NCBI GenBank assembly: GCA_036339465.1
Contig: JAYZAY010000001.1
Span: forward strand, 1 to 64,000
From: Myxococcota bacterium
GTDB taxonomy: Bacteria; Myxococcota; XYA12-FULL-58-9; JABJBS01
Direction of reading: 5' to 3'
DNA: 64,000 bases
Position numbers and translations under genes: made by a program. The notes under the pieces are model-generated. The model searched no databases. It had not been told where the DNA came from and saw nothing but the letters and a program-made list of their open reading frames with translations. Below are positions 1 through 9,591 of this stretch, in pieces. The stretch's first letter is position 1, and each line of letters opens with the position of its first letter.

Positions 1-993
1 GTTCGACAAGCGACGGAGATATTAAATAAGAACTTCGGAGGAACAGGAAATCTCGAACTGCTGATCGATGCCAAAATGCAAGATGCGATGACCGACCCAA
101 AGTTGTTGAACCTGATGGCCGACACCGAACAATTCATGATCAAAACCTTTCCACATCTAGGCATCAAGGCCTACTCGATTGTCAACATGGTGCGAGAATC
201 CTTTAAAAAACTAAAAGAAAATAACCCAGAGTACCACAGGATCCCCGATAGTTCGAATATGATATCGCAAATTTATCTACTAATAAGCAGTGGCAATCCT
301 GACGAATTTAGCCAGACCCTCAATGATGACAGAAGCAGTGCGCGGATGTCGATACGGTTACGAGATCCTGGTTCCGGAGTCTCGGTCAAGATGGTAGAGC
401 GAATACAAGCAGACCTAGATCGACGAATTTCTATTCTGCGAAGCGACTACCCTAAACTCGAAGTTACCGTCACGGGCGGTGTTGCGTTCTTTTCGAAACT
501 CCACGAATACATAAGTTGGTCGCAAATTCGGAGTTTTGGATTGGCGTTTTTAACTATTTCAACCCTTTTAGTGGGTATTTTTGGGTCCTTCAAGGTTGGG
601 CTACTTGCCATTATCCCCAACGCTTTTCCTGCCCTAGCAATCTTCGGGGTCATGGGCTGGCTTGATATTCCTCTGGGACTAACCACCCTTTTGGTGGCTC
701 CTATTGTAATTGGCGTGGCCGTAGATGATACCATCCATTTCCTAACCCACTACACTTTAGGGCTCAAGGATGGGCACAGTATAGAGGCGGCCCTTGCCCA
801 AAGCATCAAAGAGGTCGGCCAGGCGATTGTTTTTACATCCGTGATCCTTGTCCTTACGTTTCTCGTCTTCATCCCCATCAGTCACATTGGGATCTCTCGT
901 TTTGGTGGCTTGGCCGTGTTGGCTATAACCGCAGCCATGATAGCAGATCTTGTTCTACTTCCTGGACTTTGTCTCCTCTTTAAGGCCAAGTGA
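1..993 (+). CDS. MMPL/RND-family membrane exporter, C-terminal part (5' end lies outside the window)
   Basis: Frame is open from position 1. Multiple TM helices, RND/MMPL motif IGVAVDDTIHFL, and a C-terminal LVLLP motif. Confidence 0.85.
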   Translation, partial: VRQATEILNKNFGGTGNLELLIDAKMQDAMTDPKLLNLMADTEQFMIKTFPHLGIKAYSIVNMVRESFKKLKENNPEYHRIPDSSNMISQIYLLISSGNPDEFSQTLNDDRSSARMSIRLRDPGSGVSVKMVERIQADLDRRISILRSDYPKLEVTVTGGVAFFSKLHEYISWSQIRSFGLAFLTISTLLVGIFGSFKVGLLAIIPNAFPALAIFGVMGWLDIPLGLTTLLVAPIVIGVAVDDTIHFLTHYTLGLKDGHSIEAALAQSIKEVGQAIVFTSVILVLTFLVFIPISHIGISRFGGLAVLAITAAMIADLVLLPGLCLLFKAK

Positions 994-1075
994 GGTTTCG
1001 GCTACGGGGTCATATTGAGACGAAAGAAAAAAACAAAGCAAAAAGAACACACCTGATCCCAATGGCCATCAGCAC

Positions 1076-1546
1076 TCAGGCCGGTTCGAACGATGCGGCC
1101 TTGTCTTCGCTCCAAACGTAGTCACCCAAATCCTTTTGAGCCTCGGCCTCCAAAATCCCAGTAACCACCCTCATCCCTGCTTCACAAAGGAGTTCAATAC
1201 CCTTGCCTTGGTTTTTAGGGTGGGGGTCGATAAGTGCCACATAAACCTGCCCCACTTTTCGCCGAATCATTTCTTTGGCACAAGAAGGCGTCCGCTGATG
1301 AAATGCACAGGGCTCTAAAGTAACAAAGGCCGTTACGTCCGACAGATCGCCTTCCAGCTGCGAGAGAGCAGCCGGTTCTGCATGATGCTCGAAAGGGGGT
1401 TGGGTAAAACCTCTCGCCACAATCTTACCGTCACGAACCAAGACACACCCCACCGGGGGATTGGGTAAGCATGCGGGTAATGCTTTCCGGCCTTCCGCCA
1501 AAGCTTCGGCCATAAAGGCATGCAGGTTTTCTTGGGAAAAACTCAT
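1076..1546 (-). CDS. ribD: RibD-like pyrimidine deaminase, deaminase domain only
   Basis: PNPPVGCVLV, HAE and VTLEPC-x8-C zinc motifs, DPHP. 156 aa with no reductase domain. Confidence 0.75.
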   Translation of the reverse strand: MSFSQENLHAFMAEALAEGRKALPACLPNPPVGCVLVRDGKIVARGFTQPPFEHHAEPAALSQLEGDLSDVTAFVTLEPCAFHQRTPSCAKEMIRRKVGQVYVALIDPHPKNQGKGIELLCEAGMRVVTGILEAEAQKDLGDYVWSEDKAASFEPA

Positions 1547-1991
1547 CGGCTTACATTATCCGATTGGCTCTAGATTTTCGAGACCTGCCCAGAGGTTTTT
1601 CGGGGTTTTTACCCCCTCCCCATTTCTCAAACCATGGCTCAGCTAGAAGCGACACAAATCCCCTTTTAGCTTTCTACTGCGTCACGCCACTTCCTCAACC
1701 CTACCCACTTATTTTGCCTTCTCCGTTGGGTTAATAGCAGGAGTCCCCAGATTGGGCCCCACCAAAACCCTGCGCGTCGGCACCTATTATGAGGTTTGAG
1801 CTTCGTTTCGTTAAAAAACGCCACAACTCTGGCCTTTTCCGAGGGGATTGCTTCCCCTAAGTCAACCAACCGAAAAGCGTCATTTTTCGTGATTTTCATT
1901 AAACAAATGGGGTGTTTCCGGCCGAAACAGTCCACGAGACATCCCACGCTATTGACCCAGGTGGTGGGTTCATGATTCGCATCTTGTCGAC

Positions 1992-3410
1992 ATGACTGAC
2001 ATTGAATCAAAGCCCAAAAACGACATCGAAGTTCCCATCCAAATCGATGTGAACGACCAACCCTTAACTGAAATAGAACGACTTCGAATTGAGAATCGAG
2101 AGCTCAAAAAACGCCTCGCGGCCCACAAACACGTGGATACAGCCCTAGGCGAAAGCGAGGCAAAATTCCGACATATTTACGACAATTCCCCCGTTATGAT
2201 GCATTCCATCGACAAAAACGGGAATATTTGTAACGTCAACAAAAAGTGGCTTGAGAATACAGGCTATAGCCGCGCTGAAGTAATTGGCCAGCGAGCCGAT
2301 TTCTTAATGACTCCAGAATCCGCCGAACGCGCCTTCGATGAGGTTATTCCACAGTTTTGGCGGGATGGCTTTGTGCGAAGTATTTCTTATAAGTACGTCA
2401 AAAAGAATGCCGAGGTTTTCGACGTACTCCTAGATTGTAATGCCACGGTTGACCCTGCGGGGAAAAGCATTAGCTTAAGTGTGACCCGGGACGTAACCGA
2501 GAAGAAACGAGTGGAGGCAGAGCTTCATCAATACCAAGAGCGACTGGAGTTATTGGTTCAGGAAAGAACCGCCGAATTAGAAACAGTCTTGGGTGAATTG
2601 AGAGCAGCCCAGGAGAAAATGGTTCATCAGGCACGGATGGCATCCCTAGGAACCATGATGGCCGGCTTTGCCCATGAAGTTCGGAATCCACTGAACTTCA
2701 CCATTGGCGGCACCCGCAATATCCAAAATCAAATAGGTGCTCTCTGGGAAATTGTCGAACGTGCGGATTTGGCAGACAATATTGCCGCAGAGATTTCCGA
2801 CTGTCTCGTGCGGGCCGAGCGAGCATTGGAGCTTCTAGGCGAAGGCAACCAGAGAATCGGGGGGATTGTGGGCCACCTACAGGCCTTTTCAGAATCCCGC
2901 AGCCGCCCCAGGAATGAACGTTGCAATCTGGCAAAGGCCATCAACGCCACTTTAATCCTGGTCCGTGACCTTCTGCAGCGCAATGAAATTTCGGTGGACT
3001 GGTCGAATCCAGAGATCTCCGAAGTGGCTGGAAACCGAGTGGAATTAAATCAAGTATTTATGAACCTGATTATCAACGCATGCCAGGCGATGCCCGAAGG
3101 AGGGAGGCTGAGGATCGAAGCCCTTGAAACATCGGAATCCATTAACCTCTCTTTCCAAGACACGGGGCCAGGTATTGCCGCCACCATTCGAGACAAAATA
3201 TTTGATCCATTCTTTACCACACACAAACAAGGAGACGGCACAGGCCTCGGGCTCTCGATCTCCCACAGTATTATCAAACGTCATGGTGGTGACTTGATTT
3301 TTCGAGAAACCCAAAAAGGAGCATGCTTTGTCCTGACTATCCCCAAAACGCCCCTTGAATCGACAAACACAGACCTAATGACGACACCACAGAAGCGAGA
3401 AAAGTCATGA
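1992..3410 (+). CDS. PAS-domain sensor histidine kinase (soluble)
   Basis: PAS/PAC region, H-box AHEVRNPLN, N-box NLIINACQA, G-boxes DTGPGI and GTGLGL. ATGA overlap with the next gene. Confidence 0.92.
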   Translation: MTDIESKPKNDIEVPIQIDVNDQPLTEIERLRIENRELKKRLAAHKHVDTALGESEAKFRHIYDNSPVMMHSIDKNGNICNVNKKWLENTGYSRAEVIGQRADFLMTPESAERAFDEVIPQFWRDGFVRSISYKYVKKNAEVFDVLLDCNATVDPAGKSISLSVTRDVTEKKRVEAELHQYQERLELLVQERTAELETVLGELRAAQEKMVHQARMASLGTMMAGFAHEVRNPLNFTIGGTRNIQNQIGALWEIVERADLADNIAAEISDCLVRAERALELLGEGNQRIGGIVGHLQAFSESRSRPRNERCNLAKAINATLILVRDLLQRNEISVDWSNPEISEVAGNRVELNQVFMNLIINACQAMPEGGRLRIEALETSESINLSFQDTGPGIAATIRDKIFDPFFTTHKQGDGTGLGLSISHSIIKRHGGDLIFRETQKGACFVLTIPKTPLESTNTDLMTTPQKREKS

Positions 3411-4759
3411 AGACACCGATTCTCTATGTTGATGACGAGGCAGCAAATCTAAGTCTCTTTGATATGGATTTTGGTTCCCTTTTTAACATACGCACAGTTC
3501 AGAGCGCCGAAGCCGCGCTCTTACTTATGGAAAAAGAGCATTTTGAGATTATTATCACAGACGAGCGCATGCCTGGCATGGGAGGGATTGATTTTCTCAA
3601 GCGGGTTTGCGCCCGGTGGCCCCGCACCATTCGAATGATTATCTCTGCCTACAGCGATGCCGACCGACTCTTGCGTGCCATCAACTGCGGCCATGCCCAA
3701 GAATATATATTAAAACCCTGGGACTCGGGTCAGTTGCAGGAAATCCTAAAACAGGCTGAAGCGACCGTCAAAAGGCGCCGAAAATTGGAAGCACGGGCCG
3801 ACTTAGCGCAGCATCTTCTCCTCAACGAAAAAACAGTGGCCCCCCCAGACAGTATCATTGGGGCCAAAGGCGGGCTCGCATCCACCATTGCTGCATGCCG
3901 AAAAGCTGCTATGGCAGACGCTTCCATCTTACTGCAAGGTGAGACCGGAACGGGAAAAGAAATTTTAGCGGGACTGATTCATCAATTAAGTGACCGCTCG
4001 TCTGAAGCAATGATCCGCTTTAATTGTGGCGCTATTACTGAGGGCTTGATTGAAAGTGAACTTTTTGGGCATGAGCGCGGAGCCTTTACCGGCGCCCATA
4101 AGACAAAAAAGGGCCGCTTTGAACTAGCCCACTCGGGCACCCTTTTTCTCGACGAAATAGGCGACATTAGCCCTCAACTACAATTGCGCTTACTACGCGT
4201 TCTTCAGGAGGGTGAATTTGAAAGGGTTGGAGGGGTGGCCACTCTCAAGGTGGATGTTCGGGTGATTGCTGCAACCCACCGAAATCTCCACAAGATGGTT
4301 TCTAGGGGGGAATTTAGGGAAGACCTCTACTATCGTCTTAACGTAATCCCCATTCGGGTGCCCCCACTTCGCGAGCGCACTCAAGACATCGAGTCACTCA
4401 TCACGTGGTTTATCCATAAGTATGTTCCGTGCAAATCCGTAAAGCCATCGCTTCCCCTAAGCGTGGTCAGCGCCCTGAGGTCCTACGGCTGGCCAGGTAA
4501 TGTTCGCGAACTCGAAAACCTAGTCCACCGAGCGGTGGTCATGAGTGAGGGCGACACCCTTCAACTTGAGGATTTCTCTTTGGATTTTTCCTCTCTTACC
4601 AGGACTCAACTTCAAAAAACAAACCAAGAACAATCCGCCAAAGTCATGATGGTGGCCCTTCAGGCACACGGCGGAAACTGTAGTAAAGCAGCCCGCTCCC
4701 TCAATCTCCCGCGCTCGACCTTTGTGAGCCGGGCCGAAAGGTTCGGTATCTTACCATAG
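3407..4759 (+). CDS. Sigma54-dependent NtrC-family response regulator (REC-AAA+-Fis HTH)
   Basis: REC (VDDE, TDERMP, KPW), Walker [30 protein letters not shown]-terminal HTH. Confidence 0.95.
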   Translation: MKTPILYVDDEAANLSLFDMDFGSLFNIRTVQSAEAALLLMEKEHFEIIITDERMPGMGGIDFLKRVCARWPRTIRMIISAYSDADRLLRAINCGHAQEYILKPWDSGQLQEILKQAEATVKRRRKLEARADLAQHLLLNEKTVAPPDSIIGAKGGLASTIAACRKAAMADASILLQGETGTGKEILAGLIHQLSDRSSEAMIRFNCGAITEGLIESELFGHERGAFTGAHKTKKGRFELAHSGTLFLDEIGDISPQLQLRLLRVLQEGEFERVGGVATLKVDVRVIAATHRNLHKMVSRGEFREDLYYRLNVIPIRVPPLRERTQDIESLITWFIHKYVPCKSVKPSLPLSVVSALRSYGWPGNVRELENLVHRAVVMSEGDTLQLEDFSLDFSSLTRTQLQKTNQEQSAKVMMVALQAHGGNCSKAARSLNLPRSTFVSRAERFGILP

Positions 4760-4913
4760 CCCCCACAGCCCTTCTTTTGGACGTTTTGAGGTTCCCTCTA
4801 CCACAAAATCTTCCCTAAACCCCTACACACTTGCTAGGAAGGGCTTGATTCAGCCGACAATCTTACCTATGAACGCAACAGACAATGCCCTCTACTTAAA
4901 TTTGGGAGACACC

Positions 4914-5381
4914 ATGCTTCGAAAAATCGCTGAAAAATTTTCCCCTTCAATCCTCCAAGCAGACGCTCATTGCGATGGGCCCTGTGGCGTATACGATCCT
5001 GCTTCGGCGAGAATCGCCGCGGAAGCAGCGCTTTCAATGACCAAGAAAATCCTGGCGTTAGAACCCCCTACTGCGGCGGACTCCAAAGCTTGGGCATCCT
5101 ATAACAACACCATGAGTCGATATATCACCATTAAAGAGGAACAAGCGCATTTAGCTAAAGAGGAATTGCTGATTCTATGGACCGACTACTTTAAGCCCCA
5201 GCACCTAGAACAATTCCCCGAACTCCACGAAACCTTCTGGAAAGCCGCTAAGCTTTGCTCATCGGTGAAAGTCGAGGTCAATCTCGAACATGCACAAGAG
5301 TTAATGGATGCTATTAAGAACATCCACAATAAGTTCTGGGCAAGCAAAGGCCGAGAGGTCACCTGGTACACCGCCAGCTAG
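4914..5381 (+). CDS. sodN: Nickel superoxide dismutase precursor
   Basis: Ni-hook HCDGPCGVYDP after a short leader; LWTDYFK. GGGAGA RBS before ATG at 4914. Confidence 0.96.
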   Translation: MLRKIAEKFSPSILQADAHCDGPCGVYDPASARIAAEAALSMTKKILALEPPTAADSKAWASYNNTMSRYITIKEEQAHLAKEELLILWTDYFKPQHLEQFPELHETFWKAAKLCSSVKVEVNLEHAQELMDAIKNIHNKFWASKGREVTWYTAS

Positions 5382-5406
5382 GGACCCGTTCGCAGTAAAT
5401 CGCAAC

Positions 5407-5841
5407 ATGACCTATTGTACGGAGGAAACCGGCGAAGGTAAGGCGAGTAATTCTGGCCTTCAAAACGGCGATTTTCATGGGGCCACGCCCCCTTCTAGTT
5501 TCAAAGAGTGTGTCTTACTGCTCTGTGGTTTCCGCCGACGCGTCGAAATTGACGGTATTTCTATGGAACCCACCCTAAGCGAAGGCGATGTACTCTTATT
5601 CAATCCCGCGGCCTATAGAGCCAAGGCCCCTACCATAGGCGACTTGCTTCTAATCAAGCACCCCTACGAGAAGGGTCGACACATGGTTAAACGACTGACC
5701 CAGATCATCAAGAAACGCGAAGAAACGCGCTACCATGTCGAGGGCGATAACCCGGACCACAGCACCGATAGCCGCAGTTTCGGCACGCTTATCAATACTC
5801 GCATTTTGGGACAGATCACCAGCCGGTATTCCCAGCGATAG
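5407..5841 (+). CDS. sodX: NiSOD maturation protease (S26 peptidase family)
   Basis: GISMEPTL (catalytic Ser), VKRL (catalytic Lys), GDN and STDSRSFG. Directly follows sodN. Start codon uncertain. Confidence 0.88.
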   Translation: MTYCTEETGEGKASNSGLQNGDFHGATPPSSFKECVLLLCGFRRRVEIDGISMEPTLSEGDVLLFNPAAYRAKAPTIGDLLLIKHPYEKGRHMVKRLTQIIKKREETRYHVEGDNPDHSTDSRSFGTLINTRILGQITSRYSQR

Positions 5842-5872
5842 GTCCATAAAAACAGACATCACCCAAACGTGA

Positions 5873-6501
5873 TTGCTTAGCACCGCGGTAAGTATTGCTT
5901 TTGTCCATACCCTGATTGGGGTTGATCACTCCTCCCCTTTATTCACATCGGCAAAGCGCGCGCTTGTGCCTTAAGGAAGGTTTTGACACCCACCGCCCTT
6001 TGAGGATTCGGCCACGTGGTGGGGGCCATGTTACTGAAGGCGTAGGGAATAAACCTCGGCATCGGACTTGATAAGACCGAATGGATTGAGACCTCCCGGG
6101 GCGAACTGCCGGCAATCTTCTGATTTACTTTGGGGCCGCCTACGCAGCCCAACACTTTGAGGCAAGCCATGAAAAATAAGGGACCCAATGCCCCCCATAC
6201 CCGTGGGACAAAGGGAAAAGCCCTGACAGCTTGGAGTCTCTTCCTTCTTTTTCTTTTCGGCCCCTGCCAAGCGTTAATTCCACTACTCATGGCCCCTGCG
6301 GCGCAACATCATCGGTTTTGGGGGCTCTTGGACACGGGTACCTTCAGTTTAACCACCCCAAGTAGCCACTTGGGACTCATGACCATGCGAGTGGTGTTTT
6401 TAGAGCGCTACGGGAATGTTTTCGCAGGCTTTGCCATTGCGGCATCTGGCTTGCCTATTCAGCTGGTGGGCCCATGGTTTGCCCACAAAGACCATCCCTA
6501 A
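5873..6501 (+). pseudogene. Degraded nickel/cobalt transporter (SodT/UreH-like membrane protein)
   Basis: Reconstructed across frames: LLSTAVSIAFVHTLIGVDH / LPFIHIGKAR...TAL*GFGHVVG...KA*GINLGIGLDKTEWIETSRGEL / ...AWSLFLLFLFGPCQALIPLLMAPAA...LERYGNVFAG. Stops at 6001 (TGA) and 6043 (TAG) plus frameshifts. Confidence 0.7.
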
Positions 6502-6772
6502 TATTTCTGCCGCTCGCCAACGGTATCACAATAGTGAAACGCCGTTTTTGAATCGTGGCCGTCGGCTGCACAAAGCTTCCATAGGCGTCTCACGATGCAA
6601 TCCCAGACCTGAAAGCTACAAGTTCCAGTTGGCCTTGCCCGCCCCCACCAGCCAGTTCTCCGGAGAACACAGCTGCCCTCCCCACACAGCCATGCCTATG
6701 GACAGGTTCCACAATCATTGACCCTCGGTCCTCCGGGAGGTAATTACCCAATGCGCTTATCTGGGAGGTAAA

Positions 6773-7468
6773 GTGAATAAGTTCGTTGAAAGTGCCGCCG
6801 AGGCCGTCGAAGACATCCCCAATGGAGCCACCATCATGAGCGGTGGATTCGGGCTTTGCGGAAACCCCGAAGATCTAATCCGAGCTGTCCACAACCTTGG
6901 CGTTGATGGACTTACGGTCATTTCCAATAACTGTGGTGTCGATGGTAAATGCCTGGGCCTCCTGCTCGAGGCTCGTCAAATTAAGAAAATGATTGCCAGC
7001 TACGTCGGCGAGAACAAAACCTTCGAAACCCAATTCTTATCGGGTGAACTGGAAGTGGAACTCAATCCCCAAGGAACCTTGGCCGAACGCATTCGGGCAG
7101 GGGGCGCTGGCATTCCTGCATTCTTCACGGCCACAGGATACGGAACCGTTATCGCCGAGGACAAAGAAACGCGATCGTTCAACGGTGTACCATGCGTGAT
7201 GGAGCAATCCCTGGTCGCCGACTATGCTTTGGTGAAGGCATGGAAGGGCGATGCCCATGGAAACCTCGTTTTCCGAAAAACCGCGCGAAACTTCAATCCC
7301 ATGATGGCCACCGCCGGCAAAATCACCATCGCAGAAGTAGAAGAGTTCGTTTCCCCAGGTGAATTGGATCCCGATCAGATTCACACCCCTGGCATTTTTG
7401 TACAGCGGGTCATTCAGAGCAGTGCTTACGAAAAACCCATTGAACAACGAACCGTGACCCCACGCTAG
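6773..7468 (+). CDS. scoA: 3-oxoacid CoA-transferase subunit A
   Basis: GGFGLCG, SNNCG, PQGTLAERIRAGGAG, RNFNP. GGAGGT RBS with GTG start. Confidence 0.93.
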   Translation: MNKFVESAAEAVEDIPNGATIMSGGFGLCGNPEDLIRAVHNLGVDGLTVISNNCGVDGKCLGLLLEARQIKKMIASYVGENKTFETQFLSGELEVELNPQGTLAERIRAGGAGIPAFFTATGYGTVIAEDKETRSFNGVPCVMEQSLVADYALVKAWKGDAHGNLVFRKTARNFNPMMATAGKITIAEVEEFVSPGELDPDQIHTPGIFVQRVIQSSAYEKPIEQRTVTPR

Positions 7469-7477
7469 GAGCTTGTT

Positions 7478-8143
7478 ATGGCATTATCACGAGAGCAAAT
7501 TGTTAAGCGGGTAGCCAAAGAACTGCAAGATGGTTACTATGTCAACTTGGGAATCGGCATGCCCACCTTGGTGGCCAATCATATTCCTGATGGTACTGAG
7601 GTTGTTCTTCAGTCTGAAAATGGTCTCCTCGGCATTGGCCCATTTCCCCTCGATGGTGAAGAAGATGCCGATCTCATCAACGCGGGCAAGCAAACTGTCA
7701 GCACCCTCCCCGGCTCTTCGTTCTTTTCGAGCTCCGATTCGTTCGGCATGATCCGAGGCGGGCACATCGATCTCGCCATCCTAGGCGCCATGCAGGTCAG
7801 CCAGGAAGGGGATCTCGCAAATTGGATGATCCCCGGCAAGATGGTCAAAGGCATGGGCGGGGCCATGGACTTGGTGGCTGGTGCAAAGCGCGTCATCGTC
7901 ATTATGACCCACAACAGTAAAGATGGTTCGCCGAAACTTCTTAAGGAATGCACTTTACCGCTGACTGGCAAACGTTGTGTGGAACACGTTATTACGGATT
8001 TGGGTTGGTTTGATGTGGTAAGCGAGGGTGAGTCGCGGAAGTTGGTGCTTAAGGAAATCGCCCCAGGGGAAACCCCCGAAAGCCTCCGAGCGCGAACCTC
8101 CGCTGAATTCGATGTTACCGAAAATTTAATCACCATGTCATGA
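7478..8143 (+). CDS. scoB: 3-oxoacid CoA-transferase subunit B
   Basis: [14 protein letters not shown] (catalytic Glu), [14 protein letters not shown]. Confidence 0.93.
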   Translation: MALSREQIVKRVAKELQDGYYVNLGIGMPTLVANHIPDGTEVVLQSENGLLGIGPFPLDGEEDADLINAGKQTVSTLPGSSFFSSSDSFGMIRGGHIDLAILGAMQVSQEGDLANWMIPGKMVKGMGGAMDLVAGAKRVIVIMTHNSKDGSPKLLKECTLPLTGKRCVEHVITDLGWFDVVSEGESRKLVLKEIAPGETPESLRARTSAEFDVTENLITMS

Positions 8144-8667
8144 CTACGGATATCGTTTTAGTCACGGGTGCCACGGGCTTCATTGCCCTGCATATCTGCC
8201 TCAATCTGCTTGAGGCGGGTTACCGCGTAGGTCGCACCGTGCGTAATCCTTCGCGCGAAAAAGCTCGGTACCTCACAAATAAACTCTTCGCCCCCCGGGG
8301 CAACGATTTTGAAGTCGTTCGAGCAGACCCACAAGCCATGAACCACGGTGCAGCGGATTGCAAACGAGACATCATTCACCATGACCACCAGAACATCAAC
8401 GACATGGTTGCGTCTTTACGGTCTGATCTGGTTGCAGAGGGTTTTTATCTACCCCGCCACACCTTTCCCTATTGGGTTCTAAAATGTATGGCCTTCTTTC
8501 AGGCCGACGCGAAGGTTCTCGATCACACACTGGGGCCGGTTGATGGAAAGGTTCGAAAATTTTACACTCACTTATCGAAAAATGAGCTAGGCATTGAATA
8601 TCGGCCCATCCGAGACTCCGTCCGCCACAGCATCGATTCCTTTCGTAGGGTAGGATTCCTTTCTTAG
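8140..8667 (+). pseudogene. Internally deleted NAD-dependent epimerase/aldehyde-reductase-like extended SDR
   Basis: N-terminal VLVTGATGFIA...TVR and a C-terminal ELGIEYRPIRDSV tail, but only 175 aa and no YxxxK catalytic core. Confidence 0.6.
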
Positions 8668-8694
8668 GTTATCATGATTTCCACAAGGATCCCC

Positions 8695-9327
8695 ATGTCA
8701 CGACAAAGATACACCCCCAAGCAACTCAAGGAATTAACGGCGCGTACAGTCGGGCATTATCAAAACCGTGCCGATGATTTTTGGGAAGGAACACGTGACC
8801 ACGATGTCACACAAAACATCAACGCGCTCCTAGACCCTCTACAGATCCCAAAAGGCGCTCGGATTTTAGATTTTGGGTGCGGTCCTGGTCGGGATATCAA
8901 AGCCTTTCAAGAGCTAGGGCATGTTGCCATTGGGCTAGACGGCAGCGAAGCTTTTTGCGCCATGGCCAGAGCCTACAGCGGGGCAGAGGTGTGGTGCCAA
9001 GATTTCATTGCCCTCACCCTACCAAGGGAGACCTTCGACGGGATTTTTGCGAATGCTAGCCTCTTTCATATTCCCCGCTGTGAGTTACCGAGGGTTTTAG
9101 GAGAACTCTTTGATACCCTCAAAACCGGCGGGGTTTTGGTCGCTTCGTCGCCACGAGGTCCCAATATCGAGCAAATGAATGCTGAAAGATATGGAGCGTA
9201 TCTAGACCACAGTGTTTGGGCATCTCTCTTTGAGACCGCTGGCTTTCGGACATTGACTCATTACTTTCGACCATCTGGATTACCAAGAGAGCAGCAACCC
9301 TGGCTCGTTACCGTATGGCGAAAATAG
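8695..9327 (+). CDS. Class I SAM-dependent methyltransferase
   Basis: ILDFGCGPGRD, FDGIFANASLFH, LKTGG. AAGGA RBS before ATG 8695 (alternative start 8674). Confidence 0.9.
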   Translation: MSRQRYTPKQLKELTARTVGHYQNRADDFWEGTRDHDVTQNINALLDPLQIPKGARILDFGCGPGRDIKAFQELGHVAIGLDGSEAFCAMARAYSGAEVWCQDFIALTLPRETFDGIFANASLFHIPRCELPRVLGELFDTLKTGGVLVASSPRGPNIEQMNAERYGAYLDHSVWASLFETAGFRTLTHYFRPSGLPREQQPWLVTVWRK

Positions 9328-9591
9328 GCGACAAGACCATTTAAAATCCCCCCCACGAAAGCACCATCCTGTCCTATTTTAAAAACAAGCCCCCTCTCTT
9401 TTATTGCCGCGACACCCCAAACCTCCTTGAAGAGATAGCACCGGTGCTGGGGTGGATTGTTAGAATCAACCAAAGGAGTCGGGCTTCCTTGGGGTTTACG
9501 TTCTTACTGTAGCTAAAATATATTCTGCCACCAGAGACACTAAAGAAGTGACGCAGGCTGGCCAAATACGGGACTTCCCCTGAAAAAGGGC

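Noticed and set aside
1666..2010. 114-aa minus-strand ORF
   Set aside because: No motif, overlaps the kinase start, and lies in a divergent promoter region.
4760..4913. Sigma54 promoter linking the NtrC regulator to sodN
   Set aside because: No convincing TGGCAC-N5-TTGC motif found.
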